DNA of 63,766 nt, counting the filler, from Octopus bimaculoides (lineage: Eukaryota): NCBI RefSeq assembly GCF_001194135.2. It is 5 parts of 5 records of this genome, joined end to end, with 100 filler letters (N's around TTAATTAATTAA, not from the genome) between each part and the next. Parts side by side here need not be neighbours in the genome. Positions count along the whole stretch, not along the records: positions 31,917 to 44,113 come from NC_068984.1; positions 44,214 to 51,851 come from NC_068987.1; 3 more parts are not named here. One strand, 5' to 3'. Shown one piece after another: positions 37,151-51,031 of the stretch. The notes below the pieces were generated by a model. It was not told where the DNA came from. It was given only the letters and a program-made list of their open reading frames with translations, and made no database searches. A program made the translations under genes and the position numbers. Each line of letters begins with the position of its first letter. The first letter of the stretch is position 1.

Positions 37151-37689
37151 TGAGTATCGGGAATGCTAATTTGGGGAAAAGGAATTTAAGGAATAATACA
37201 AACTAAAGTATATTTATCCTTGGTACCGACGTTAATTGATAGCAGCAAGTTATAGAATTTCAAACTACAGTTTACAACTCAAAGTCTATATGGAATGGAC
37301 AATAGGCGACGGCTGGAGGGAGCGAACGTGAGTGTGCGTATGTGTTTGAATGTGTCTGTGTATAGGATGCGTTACGATGCTTTCGGGTGGCTATTTTTCG
37401 TGATAAAGAAACTTACAGGGATAATTGAAAATAAAATTGTAATATTATCTTATTCTTTACTCGTTAGCGAACTCAGTTATTGGTAGCTTGGTTTAGAAAT
37501 AAAATTAGAGTTTAGATTTCAGGATTAATAATGGATAAGCCATATGAGGTAGTTGGATGCGTGAAAGAGTAGGGATGGTATGGAAACATGATTTCTTTCT
37601 TTCGATTCTTAGAAAGTTTTCCACTTGTTTCCACAGTCCTTTGCAGATTACAATGTGTGTGTTATGGCTTCTCGTTTGAAGCTGACCGT

Positions 37690-39360
37690 TTTCCTTATGA
37701 CGTTGTTTCGGGAACCATCTTTCAATTTAATTTTTGAGTGCACCTTAAAGGAGAGAGTGCGGTTCAAAGTTATCCAAGATAGACAGGGTGAGTACAATGT
37801 TCCAGTGGTGTTCCAGACTATTCAACGTTTAAAAATCGGTTGGTTTTGTGACTCCTGAGGTGGAACAAGCTGACTTGAGTCTTCGCAGAGTTGGCATATA
37901 GGTTGTTGCGCTTTTAATAGAGGAGTAGTTCATCCAAAGCTGAGATGAGATTTGTTTCTGTTGCTTCAGATGTATTCGCTTGGGATGTCACACAGTATTT
38001 GTCAGAGTAGGTGAACCGCGCAGTTTTCTGCTCCGTTGGTTGGTTACTAATGTACATGCTATATACAAGTGGGGCCAGCACACTTACCTGGGGTTAAGTC
38101 ATTCTGCTGTCACCGCCAGTGACTTGGTTGTTCAAGGCAACAAAGTAGTACTTCTATTTTAAGAAGACTCCAATGCAGTCTGTACGAACTAGGTCTTTAC
38201 CAGCTCAAATATCTTTTACATGAGAAGGCGGTGGTTCACAGTGTCATATGTGACAGACAAATCAACAGCTCCTATTATCACTCCTTTCTGAAACCCAACT
38301 ATGTAGTGAGTGAAATCCTGAATTTGGTTCGTAGATTTGCCAGGTCGGAATCTGGCTTATTGAAGAATGACAGCTAGTTCAACAGTTAAGAATAAGGCAC
38401 CCAAACAGTGTGTATGAGTGGCATAGAAGAGAGTTCGGACGAAAATTCTTTGCATATGCTGGACCTTTAGTTGGTTTGAGAAGTGTAATAGTTCTGGTTT
38501 CCCTTCACATATTTGAAATGTTTATTTGCCAGCATGCACTTGCCCACCGGCTCAAGGACTCATTTCCATGCCAGAGGTCCTTGGTACTCTTCTTCGAAAT
38601 TGTCAGTTAGCCCAATAGCTTCACCGACCTCAAGAGTATTGACACTGATGTTAAGAACTTCAAAGAACTTAATATTAGTCAGTCCAGAGGTTGAGGAATG
38701 CTTTCTTCGTTCTACCTTTTACTTTGTCTCTATGGTAATGGACCTGTTATTAAGCATCAGTTCGTTCACCCTGGTTGATGGTGAAGGTACACTGCTGCTG
38801 TGTTGGGATCGATGGGTTGCTGTTGATTTTTATTGATGAGGCTCTACATCATTTTGCTGTTTGTCGTCATATCTGTTGCCTCCACCAATTTTGCCACTTT
38901 TGCGTTCTGATAGGGAAACCATGAGTTCCTGGCCTATTTCAATGGTATTTTCAGCTAAGAGGTCAGATTCATAAAGTTGTTATTGTTGCTCATCCATTTT
39001 AGTACTTTGTGCATTGCGGCCCGATATGCATTGAGTTCGACTACCTCTTGTGGGCTACATGGTGCACAAGTTTGGTGAAATTGTCGTAATTCTTGGAATC
39101 TGCTGAGAACGGATGATCTTCCTTTCTAGATTTTTCTGGAAACCAAGCCTGTTCGTTTTCTCAAAGTAGAATCTTCAAAACGGAACTGTGTCTGGGATGA
39201 TTGCAGCATTGAATGTAATGCCGTTTTAATGATGTTGAGTTCTTGGCAGTGGTTTCAAGACCAGCTTGTTGCCTAATCCGGTGATCTGATGGCGGACAAG
39301 TGCCGTTTCAGGGTTGTAGCCCGCTTGCCATCACCCCTTGCTTGTAAGTCTTTGGTTTTT
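37690..39360 (-). mobile_element. Decayed Ingi/I-group-like LINE (end of endonuclease + RT)
   Basis: Minus-strand frameshifted motifs in order: RWQAGYNPE; TLLKPTKGPAYAKNFRPNSLLCHSY; RFRPGKST; DLSVTYDTVNHR; WRRQQN-PQVSVLAPLVYSMY; FTYSDK (YADD equivalent); NLYANSAKTQVSLFHLR; HPVYLG-TLNRTLSF; SRNNVIRK. Confidence 0.8.
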
Positions 39361-39694
39361 TAACACATTAGAAGTATTCACATCGTGATTTCTGTCAAGT
39401 AATACTTGGATTACCTGCGAATTCTACCAATACTTTAAAGCCGGGTAGAAGGATGGGAACATAACAAAAGAAAGAGAGAAATATCGAACGGATGTACCGA
39501 TAAGCATATGTGTATATGAGGGGTGACTGTTGGAATAGGTTTGTTGATATGCTTATATGAATGTGTAAGCACATACACGCAAGCTGATGTGCATCTACAT
39601 AGATTTAAGCATATCGACAGACATACATTAAAAACTTGAACAAAGTATTTTTATCTATATATGTATAGAGAAGGATAAGAACAATCAAGTGTAA

Positions 39695-39731
<37 letters not shown>

Positions 39732-40968
39732 TTTATACATAAAATCATACATACAGAAGTATATATAAGCAGGTATGAATTTTTTTCAAATCCCACTCCC
39801 CCACTCAATACCGATTTTAGACAACCTTTTTTTGCCTTATGCACTAAAAAATGATGGGAGAAATCTCGAAGGTAAAAATAAAATTTGGAAATCAGCGATC
39901 ACCAATACAATCAGCACCTCCTTGATTTTCAAACAGGAAATGAAACGTAATTAAAAAGTAATAGTGAATTATTTTAAAATATTTTCATTAACTTCGCCCC
40001 CTCTACCATAAATCCTAACATTTTGGCATTTGAANNNNNNNNNNNNNNNNNNNNNNNNNNNNNNNNNNNNNNNNNNNNNNNNNNNNNNNNNNNNNNNNNN
40101 NNNNNNNNNNNNNNNNNNNNNNNNNNNNNNNNNNNNNNNNNNNNNNNNNNNNNNNNNNNNNNNNNNNNNNNNNNNNNNNNNNNNNNNNNNNNNNNNNNNN
40201 NNNNNNNNNNNNNNNNNNNNNNNNNNNNNNNNNNNNNNNNNNNNNNNNNNNNNNNNNNNNNNNNNNNTCTTTGTTACATGATGTTTCTAAATATTTTGTT
40301 GCCTTAAGCACATTTTATGAAATGATGCTGTGGTGATCCATTACTGGGATTTAAACAACAACCAAAAAAAAAAAAAATTTTTCGCATTCTAAATTTTTAA
40401 TCACCCACTTCGCACCAATTGAGTTCATATTTGTGTGTGTGTAAGAAAAAATATTTACTAACAGAAAAGTATACTATTAAAATAAATTATCTTTTACATA
40501 CCTTTTATAAATCATTCTATTGTCTTAATGAAATTCTTTATACACATGCATACACACACAGACAAACACACACATACACATATATATACACACACATGCA
40601 CACACACATTCAGTATGAGTTATATACTATTATAGAGAGTGAGAGAGTGTAGTAAATACAGAGAGAGAGAGAGAAGAAAAGTTTACCATGAGAAAAGTAA
40701 AAAATGAAACAGATAGACAAATAGAGAAACGTTTAATGTTACTGTCACAAATTTAAAGTTTGATCATTTTTACTCAATCAGAAAACAGGATTTGGGCATA
40801 ATAGCTGTGATAAAATGAAAGTAAACATTAGAAGATGAAGTTTTAAACAAAATTAAAGCAATGCATGAGAGATGATACACATACAGAGAGAGAGAGGGGA
40901 GAGAGAGAGAGATAAAGGGCATGATAAATAATAGAGAGAGATAAATTGATGGACACAGGCAGGGAGTA

Positions 40969-41205
40969 GTTTTGTTCCACCAGGGTTTGCAGGATGTCCT
41001 TGTCAAGCTCAACAGATCTTCCAGGATGAGGCTCATCTTTTAGGCTGTAGTTTCCAGCTTGGAATTTCTGAAACCACTGTTGACACTGGCTTATGCTTAT
41101 TGTCTGATCCCCATATACTGCATTAATATTCCGCGCACTTTCCCTCGCGTTATTGTCCTCATAAAGCAAAATATGCCAAATATGCTCCTTTGTCACTTCC
41201 AGCAT
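40969..41205 (-). mobile_element. mariner transposase N-terminal HTH relic
   Basis: MLEVTKEHIWHILLYE..NARESARNINAVYGDQTISISQCQQWFQKFQAGNYSLKDEPHPGRSVELDKDILQTLVEQN. Confidence 0.9.
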
Positions 41206-41626
41206 AGCTTTGAAAAAATAGCTGTTAAAATCGAACTGCACTCTTCAAAACTTGCACTAAGAATAAGGACAAGGTAAATTTACTACCTGTTTTAATAGCA
41301 AGTTGATGCAGGTAGTTTATCTCATCCCACTCTGACTTTTAATTCATGCAATTGAAAAAATCACATNNNNNNNNNNNNNNNNNNNNNNNNNNNNNNNNNN
41401 NNNNNNNNNNNNNNNNNNNNNNNNNNNNNNNNNNNNNNNNNNNNNNNNNNNNNNNNNNNNNNNNNNNNNNNNNNNNNNNNNNNNNNNNNNNNNNNNNNNN
41501 NNNNNNNNNNNNNNNNNNNNNNNNNNNNNNNNNNNNNNNNNNNNNNNNNNNNNNNNNNNNNNNNNNNNNNNNNNNNNNNNNNNNNNNNNNNNNNNNNNNN
41601 NNNNNNNNNNNNNNNNNNNNNNNNNN

Positions 41627-41680
<54 letters not shown>

Positions 41681-43041
41681 TGTATGTATGTATGTATGTA
41701 TATGTGTGTTGTTTCGAGTGTCAGGTTTGTAGGTGATTGATGTAAGGTTAGGATAGTTGTGCACAAGTTTCTAGAGAATAGTGCTTGCCTTTATGTTTTG
41801 AGATGTTTGAAGGTTTTGTAGATGTAGAGGAAAAATAGGTGATGAGAAATTGCCCCATTTTGGAAGCACTATTTTTAAACTCTATATACATTCAGTTATC
41901 TGACAGCTAGTTTTCTAGTCACATCTTGTGTTATTTCTTAAGGCGTGTTTTCTAAAATTAGGACATTAAGAAATATTTAGGTTTTTGCACACTTAATGGT
42001 AGAATGTCTTAATAATGGAAAATACATCTCATTTATTTAAACTATTTAATATTGCTTTGAATCTTCTGTAGTTCATCGTTTGCTGAAATGACATTTTTTT
42101 TTATATAGTTAGCAATATTAGTTTCAAAGCTTTTGGTCACGTTGGCTTTCAATTGATTTTCGTCAATAGTGATTTAAAACACTTTAGTTATCACCCAACT
42201 ATTGACCTATATATATTCAAGCATAGCAGTGAGAGGAATTTCTATGACTTACATTCAGTCAGAATTCTTCCATCCTTTATTTTTATTTCTTTTTTTTTTA
42301 TTTCAAAAGTCCTAGTGTACTTAATTTCCAATTAAGTATGCTATCTTATACCATCACAAGTATAACTTCAGCAAAAGGTCACTCAATTATATACCTTATT
42401 CTTTAACTCTTCAATAAAATTAGTTAATGCCAGAGACTCCCTTCCTAATTTCCAAATTACTACCAAAATATTTCTAAGCTTAAAAGTGCTTTTGATACCA
42501 TAGACTACAAAACACTGACATTAAAATAATAATATGTTATATGAGAGGAGACTTAGAAAAATAAGTTGGTTTAAAAGTTATTCAACAGTTACACTGTAAT
42601 ATCTGGAGCTGAGTAACTTCAGATGTCTAGAAATTAGTGCTGCTTTTGCTGTCTCAATATTTGGGCAATGCCTATTTACAATGTACATTTGTAATATAAG
42701 ATAATCAGAATACAAGTGCTCATGACCTTTGAGATGAAATCAATGTTGTTGAACATCTCCAGATAGGTGTGGGTAATGAGAAAAATGTTAGGCAGGGATG
42801 GGGTTTCAGAAGGATGTATTCTGGGAAGAACGGATTGGGAAAGTATTTAAGGTGGACTCTTGGAGGTAAGTCAAAGCAAATGTGACAGAAAAAAGAAAGA
42901 AACTGAAATCATTGGTTTCGATGGAGAGAATATGCAGTTAGTTCATTCAGAGAACCAGAAACCATTTTAGAAGTGATATAAAAGATAGACAAAAGTAACT
43001 GTCTGAACTATATTGTTTTAAGATTGTTAGTGACAGTTTGT

Positions 43042-43408
43042 GGAGGTGCAATGGCCCAGTGGTTAGGGCAGCGGACTCGCAGTCATAGGATCGCGGTTTC
43101 GATTCCCAGACCGGGCGTTGTGAGTGTTTATTGAGTGAAAACATCTAAAGCTCCATGAGGCTCCGACAGAGGATGGTGGCGAACCCTGCTGTACTCTATC
43201 ACTCTTACTTCCTGTTTCTGTTATGCCTGTAATTCAAAGAGTCAGCCTTGTCACACTGTGTCACGCTGAATATCCCCAAGAACTACGTTAAGGGTACACG
43301 TGTCTGTAGAGTGCTCAGCCACTTGCACGTTAGTTTCACGAGCAGGCTGTTCCGTTGATCGGATTAACTGGAACCCTCGACGTCGTAAGCAACGGAGTGC
43401 CAACAACA
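43042..43408 (+). mobile_element. SINE family D, full length, young
   Basis: tRNA-like head GGAGGTGCAATGGCCCAGTGGTTAGGGCAGCGG..GGTTTCGATTCCC (A- and B-box-like) and (CAA)n tail; highly similar to 52519-52906. Confidence 0.9.
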
Positions 43409-44113
43409 CAGCGACAGTTTATACTAGTCAGACCAAAGGCTTTCTTTTGAATTAGGTCTTGGCTGTTAACTGATGTAGCAGCTGAGCCATCTCATAGATG
43501 TAAGTAGTACAATAATGTAACTCTTACTTGAGAATTGTAGAGGTTAATAACTGACCTCCTGATTTTAAAGAGGAAGCTAGTCTTTGTAATGCAGTTAGGT
43601 ATGGACTTCTTTCAGTTTCCATCTACCAAATCCACTTACAAGGTTTTGGTCAGCCTAAAGCTATAGTAGAGGACACTTGCCCAAGGTGGCACACAGTGGG
43701 ACTGAACCCAGAACCATGTGATTGGAAAGCAAGCTTCTTGCCATACAGCCATGCCATTTTAGAACAACATTGTAGGGTAGGTGTGAGAGGTGGATCTGGG
43801 TAGTTTGAACATAAAACCAGAAGAATACTCAAATGTTTTAGTAGTCACTACTGACGAGCCTATGACTGATAGGTGAAACTAGTCTAGTCTAGTGATCCCT
43901 AGAGGTACTCATGGAGTGGTTATCTCCCCTGTCAGTGTGTGTGCTTCTTACAACATTACGAGTTTTTAATTCTTATTTCCTGCAATATAGGTGCTTCGGC
44001 ACCTTCAGTCACAATTAGTGATGATAGAATTTTTCATATATATATATATATATATATGAAAATATATATGTATATATATATATATATATATGAAAATATA
44101 TATGTATATATAT

Positions 44114-44213
44114 NNNNNNNNNNNNNNNNNNNNNNNNNNNNNNNNNNNNNNNNNNNNTTAATTAATTAANNNNNNNNNNNNNNNNNNNNNNNNNNNNNNN
44201 NNNNNNNNNNNNN
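44114..44213. other. Artificial 100-bp scaffold-join spacer
   Basis: 44 N + TTAATTAATTAA (44158-44169) + 44 N. Confidence 0.9.
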
Positions 44214-44264
44214 ATATGTATGTTTGCATATATGTGTATCTTTGTGTGTATACATATATGTATT

Positions 44265-44320
<56 letters not shown>

Positions 44321-44884
44321 TAGATAGATAGATGTATATGTATGTATATATGTATTTGTGTGTGTGTCCCGTCTTCCGCATATTGTGTACATTATCTTTC
44401 CTGTAAGCTTGCTCTAACTTCTTTTCCTCTTTTCTTTGCATTTTTGTCTTTCTTTGTGAGCATCATCTTTTTATAACATCCAACACCACCACCAGCAGTA
44501 GCAGCAACAACAACAATAACATCAACAACAACAATAATAATCATTAGAGTTTAATTTTCTGTAGTGCGTATATGAATGCATATGTCCTCTGCATGGCCTT
44601 TATAACCTGCCACTCACCCCATACAGACACACACCACATACACAAACATAGAAGACACCTCTGCCCACATAACCTCCCTCGCACCATCACCACCTCTATT
44701 TCTAAAACAACACTAACTTAAACTGTTAAGATAAATAAGCAATCAAGCAAAATTTTATACTGGTCATTAACTTTTGTTGCCATTTTATTGTTGCAGTTTT
44801 TCATGTGCATGGGTGTTTCGTGGTTATTTGAGTATGTATGTGCATGTATTTTTATATATATATATGCATGTGTGTGTGGGTGTG

Positions 44885-44947
<63 letters not shown>

Positions 44948-46629
44948 NNNNNNNNNNNNNNNNNNNNNNNNNNNNNNNNNNNNNNNNNNNNNNNNNNNNN
45001 NNNNNNNNNNNNNNNNNNNNNNNNNNNNNNNNNNNNNNNNNNNNNNNNNNNNNNNNNNNNNNNNNNNNNNNNNNNNNNNNNNNNNNNNNNNNNNNNNNNN
45101 NNNNNNNNNNNNNNNNNNNNNNNNNNNNNNNNNNNNNNNNNNNNNNNNNNNNNNNNNNNNNNNNNNNNNNNNNNNNNNNNNNNNNNNNNNNNNNNNNNNN
45201 NNNNNNNNNNNNNNNNNNNNNNNNNNNNNNNNNNNNNNNNNNNNNNNNNNNNNNNNNNNNNNNNNNNNNNNNNNNNNNNNNNNNNNNNNNNNNNNNNNNN
45301 NNNNNNNNNNNNNNNNNNNNNNNNNNNNNNNNNNNNNNNNNNNNNNNNNNNNNNNNNNNNNNNNNNNNNNNNNNNNNNNNNNNNNNNNNNNNNNNNNNNN
45401 NNNNNNNNNNNNNNNNNNNNNNNNNNNNNNNNNNNNNNNNNNNNNNNNNNNNNNNNNNNNNNNNNNNNNNNNNNNNNNNNNNNNNNNNNNNNNNNNNNNN
45501 NNNNNNNNNNNNNNNNNNNNNNNNNNNNNNNNNNNNNNNNNNNNNNNNNNNNNNNNNNNNNNNNNNNNNNNNNNNNNNNNNNNNNNNNNNNNNNNNNNNN
45601 NNNNNNNNNNNNNNNNNNNNNNNNNNNNNNNNNNNTATATATAAAAGGGATACACTGTTTGCAAGTCATTGGGTTCAGCATATTATCCTCCATTTTCTAA
45701 TTGATATATATATATTATAGGGAACAGACTTTTAAAAACATTATGTACTGGCGTTAGGAAAGGCATCCAGCTGTAGAAACTCTGCCAAATCAGATTGGAG
45801 CCTGGTGTAGCCACCTGGTTCACCAGTCCTCAGTCAAATCATCCAACCCATGCTAGCATGGAAAGCGGACGTTAAACGATGATGATGATGATGATGATGA
45901 TGATGTCAAAGATAATTTATTTTAATAGCATACTTTATGTTTTGAGTTCCAATTAGGACCACTTAGCAACCAGACTTCATGCGATAGATCATTCTAGATC
46001 CTTCTGGAATGTCCTAGTACAAGGGTTATAAAAAGCATGTTTTTCGCGCCAACTTTTAGTGTGTGGCAACCTGCAGTCCAGCTGCACACTTTCTTTTGCT
46101 CTTGTAATAGTTGTTTGCATGGTTCCTACTCAACATGGATATGTCTTTATAGTTGGCTGACATGAATCTAATGTGTATATTTTCTTCCGACTTTGCAAGT
46201 TTAACCCTTTAGTATTCAGATTACTCTGTCATAAATATCATCATCTTCATTTAATGTCCGTTGTCCATTAATGCTCATTTATTCACATTATTTTGAATTA
46301 ATTACGTATTATCTTGTAGCTTTGAAATTTCAATTGTGTAATTATTCATTTTTATGAATGGCATTGTAGGATAGGTATGTGAGGCCAGATCTGGCTTGTT
46401 TAAACATAAAATAAGTAGAATATTTAGGCTGGATATGGCTGGTTTAAACGCTAAAGGGTTGAGTAAGGAGCTTTTGTAACCAACTATTTACGAATGCTAC
46501 AGAATTATTCTTGCAATTGTATCGACTTGTTATGGAAACTTTCTAATGACCAACCTGAAAATTACGTGTGTGATGAAATAAATTTATAGTTAAAATGTTC
46601 GCAAGGTATTGTTACATCATTCACATGCA

Positions 46630-46917
46630 GCCTTACCGTCAAACCCATTTCCGTGCAGGTGGCACATAAAATACACCATTTTGAGCGTGGCCGTTGCCAG
46701 TACCGCCTGACTGGCCTTCGTGTGGGTGACACGTAAAAGCACCCACTTCACTCTCTGAGTGGTTGGCGTTAGGAAGGGCATCCAGCTGTAGAAACTCTGC
46801 CAAATCAGATTGGAGCCTGGTGTTGCCATCCAGTTTCACCACTCCTCAGTCAAATCGTCCAACCCATACTAGCATGGAAAGCAGACGTTAACCGATGATG
46901 ATGATGATGATGATGAT
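46630..46917 (+). mobile_element. Family C retroposon copy with (GAT)n tail; others at ~45750-45905 (+) and ~49880-50100 (-)
   Basis: GTGGTTGGCGTTAGGAAGGGCATCCAGCTGTAGAAAC..GACGTTAACCGATGATG. Confidence 0.85.
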
Positions 46918-48442
46918 TGTTATCGTTGATATACACTACCCTTGTTCAATTAATTTTGCAAAATGAAAAGTTTAATGAAATAACTTTAATCAAGCAAGTG
47001 TTTGGAATGTGACCTAACATGATATTTTGATGGAAGATTTTAGTTTAGATTACTTTAAAACAGGAAGTTTAATACTAGGTTGGTATTAAAAAAAAGTTAA
47101 GGTAGTAGGGTTTTGACTGCTATTACTAACAAATGTAGTGACTGCCCAGAGACTTCTTGAGTTATGTAGGGAGGAGAAAGAACTGGAAAGGCATGAAATT
47201 AAATCCAATGTGGATATTTTATTTTGCTTCTGGGCAAGACACTATATTCTACATTACCTTTGTTCACCTATCTATTACTGCATCAACAAAACCAATCAGT
47301 TGTTATACACTGCTGATCACTGTATGCTTGCTTGTATTGTTGCAGCTCTGCTGGCTAGACAGGCAGGCAGGCCAATTTTCTATTTGAAAGGAATGCTACT
47401 CTATTGTAAGGTTACTTATTTACAGTTGAGTGAGCTGAGGCAACATGAAATGAAGTGTTTTGCTCAAAAACACAATGTACCACTGGTCTGGGAATCGAAA
47501 CCACAACCTCATGATTCTGAGTGCAACACCCTAGCCACTAGGCCATACGCTTTCATGTCAAGAATATGTATTCTAATACTCTGGAAATATTGGTTTCACA
47601 TTTTGGCACAAGGCTAGCAATTTTGGAAGATGGGGNNNNNNNNNNCAACTGGTACTTATTTTATTGACCCCAAAAGGATGAAAGGTAAAGTTGACCTTGG
47701 TAGAATTTGAACTCAGAATGTAAAAACGGACGAAATGCCAGGGAGTATTTTTCCCAGTATGCCAATGGTTCTACTAGCTCACTGTCTTATAATCTGGAAA
47801 TGTTACCTGTGGTAAACTGGTGTCTTTTCCATGGAGACATGAGCATGGAACGCTGACACAGAAATCACATGATGGGACACGTGGTGCCTCCATTATAGAG
47901 TTGAGTTGTCGATAAGAAGAAGAAAACCCCAAAAATTCACCTCCAGTTGCTTCCCCCTCTTTCACGCAACCGCCATCACCATTAGAGCCTTCGCCTTTCC
48001 TCTGTTATCTGATCACTCTTCTATCACCTCTGATCATCTTTCATAACACTCGCATCACTATGCATCACCCTGCAGTTGCCACCTCCTCACCATCACGTTT
48101 GCTTCTCTGGCGTTATCTCATCGTCTCATTGTTTTTCATAACCTCCAATTACCACACATCACCTCCAGTTATCTCCCCCTCGTTACCATCCTCTGCCTCC
48201 CCTTCTCTCTCAGAAAGAGAGAGAATTACTGCTGCAGGCTACTTCACTTGTAAATGCATGTAGTTATTTTGTTAATGAAACTCATTTATTTCCCACTAAA
48301 TTTTAATAACGACTATAATACTGGTTTGTATGTGGGTTGATGAGTTGAAGTGGGTGTATTTGTGCTTGTACGTATGTATTTACGTTTATGCATAAATTTA
48401 TTTGATGACAGCCATTTTCCCCCATCTTTTCTAGGTGTATGA

Positions 48443-48484
<42 letters not shown>

Positions 48485-49102
48485 NNNNNNNNNNNNNNNN
48501 NNNNNNNNNNNNNNNNNNNNNNNNNNNNNNNNNNNNNNNNNNNNNNNNNNNNNNNNNNNNNNNNNNNNNNNNNNNNNNNNNNNNNNNNNNNNNNNNNNNN
48601 NNNNNNNNNNNNNNNNNNNNNNNNNNNNNNNNNNNNNNNNNNNNNNNNNNNNNNNNNNNNNNNNNNNNNNNNNNNNNNNNNNNNNNNNNNNNNNNNNNNN
48701 NNNNNNNNNNNNNNNNNNNNNNNNNNNNNNNNNNNNNNNNNNNNNNNNNNNNNNNNNNNNNNNNNNNNNNNNNNNNNNNNNNNNNNNNNNNNNNNNNNNN
48801 NNNNNNNNNNNNNNNNNNNNNNNNNNNNNNNNNNNNNNNNNNNNNNNNNNNNNNNNNNNNNNNNNNNNNNNNNNNNNNNNNNNNNNNNNNNNNNNNNNNN
48901 NNNNNNNNNNNNNNNNNNNNNNNNNNNNNNNNNNNNNNNNNNNNNNNNNNNNNNNNNNNNNNNNNNNNNNNNNNNNNNNNNNNNNNNNNNNNNNNNNNNN
49001 NNNNNNNNNNNNNNNNNNNNNNNNNNNNNNNNNNNNNNNNNNNNNNNNNNNNNNNNNNNNNNNNNNNNNNNNNNNNNNNNNNNNNNNNNNNNNNNNNNNN
49101 NN

Positions 49103-49146
<44 letters not shown>

Positions 49147-49524
49147 CTCAAACCCAACAACTGGAGTACTTTACCTTGAGTTCAAGAAGTCGATCTGTCT
49201 AAGCACGAAATTAGTGCCATTCTCTTCTATGCTTGCACTGGCACCTTCTCATCCATTCTCTCTGTGTATGTGAGTTCACTTAATGTTTGTTTTCCATTTC
49301 TGTAAGGGTGGGACAGGGATTTACTTGAAGCAGAATTTTATGGCCAGATGCTTCTTGTCACCAACTCTTGTATACTTTTTCTTTTTGGTACAAATAACGG
49401 GTATTTATTGTTTTATTCCCAATGTCTTTGGAAGCACAGAGCAATTGGTTATAATGTCAACATCCAACATCATTCACCAGTAGTAGCAAGTGAAACTTTA
49501 GGGTATCAATATTCATGGAGTGGG

Positions 49525-49709
49525 GGACATTTACCCCCCCCCCCCCAATGGAAATAACTTCCCCCCAAGGACAATTACCTCTGAGGACAACAGATGAAGA
49601 TTTAAAACTTCTTAATATACTAGAGAGGGGGTAATTAACCAGGCGGGGTGAAATTGTCCTAGGAGGTAGTTGTCATCAGGGAGAATTGTCCTTGGCGGGG
49701 TAATTGTCC
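49525..49709. mobile_element. Possible degenerate MITE with GGACAATTACC / GGTAATTGTCC inverted subrepeats
   Basis: Several GGACAAT-like motifs on the left and AATTGTCC motifs on the right; no TSD identified. Confidence 0.45.
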
Positions 49710-50700
49710 TGATATGGTATTCCTGCACATATTAGCATGTCTCACCCACCCATATTTACACGTGCCTGCATATACATACACACATGCATAAACTTACATA
49801 CATACATACATATGTACATCCATGTGCGGGCATGCCAATGGTAGTAAGCAGTTCAGCACAAGCCTTTATTGCATATTAGCATTATCATCATCTTCATCGT
49901 TTAATATTTGTTTTCTATGCTGGCATGGGTTGGATGGTTTGACGGGCGCTGGCAAACCAAAGAGCTGCATCGGGCTCCAGTTGTCTATTTTTGCATGGTT
50001 TCTCTGGCTGGATGCCCTTCCTAATGCTAACCACTTTACAGAGTGTACTGGATGCTTTTCATGTGGCCCCAGCTCAGGTGCTTTTTACTTGGCACCAGCA
50101 CAATCAATCTTATTCTCTCCCTAATCAATTGCACAGCAATGTTTACAGTAACTAGGTTTTAATCTGAAGGCTCTTACTTTTCCTGGTGCTGCTGAGTGTA
50201 TTTTTCCCAGGCACATGAAGTGAGTAATTACTCAGGGTAGGTGACATTTATATAATAGAACACTTAAAAAATAAGTGAAACGCAGGCGTGCGACTGAGTT
50301 GGAGGCAGATTTACTTCTGCCTTTATAGCGCATAACGAAAATGTTGTTGTAGGACTGAACGCAGTACATATACTACAGCAGTGCTATGCGTAGTTTTAAT
50401 ACTGAGATTGAAAGGCAGGGATGAATTATGCCTACCTAATCTACGAAAAAACAAAATATTTTACATTTTATGCATAATAATCAGAGTAGCCTCCATAATT
50501 TTATTGAATTAGGTGCATATTTTGTTGTAAAAGGAAAATGTTACTATCAATCTATTTCATTCTGGATATGTATTGCCTATGTTGCCTACCCAGGAGGCAC
50601 GTCCCTGATTTCTCCCCTATATTCTTGCTCCGCTTGCAGACAGTGTTGGCATCAGAGTGAACAATTGGTTGTGATGCCTTTCAGTCTTGAAAGGACTATT

Positions 50701-51031
50701 CTTTTAGTCTTTTATTGGTTTCAGTCATTTAACTGTGGCCATGCTGGAGCACTGCCTTTAGTCAAACAGATTGAACCCATGACTTATTCTTTGTAAGCCT
50801 AATACTTATTCTACCGGTCTATTTTGCTGAACCACTAAGTTACAGGTACGTAAACACACCAATATTGGTTGTCAAGCAATGGTGGTGGTGGTGGGGGACA
50901 AACACACATACACACACACACTCACACACACACACACAGAGGCTATAGTAGAAGACACTTATCCAGGCAGTGGGACCGAACCCGGTGCCATGTGGTTGGT
51001 AAGCAAGCTACTTACCACACAGCCACTCCTG
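50701..51031 (-). mobile_element. SINE family A copy
   Basis: Family A backbone, minus strand. Confidence 0.85.

Noticed and set aside
42762-42864. Open 103-nt plus-strand segment ending in a strong GAG|GTAAGT donor
   Set aside because: The minus strand resembles a decayed CR1-like 3' end (NPFFPEY ~ NSFFPRT) and the acceptor is weak; at most an exonisation candidate.
47138-47617. 159-aa ORF
   Set aside because: It starts at a non-ATG codon, its 3' half is an antisense SINE, and it has no recognisable domain.
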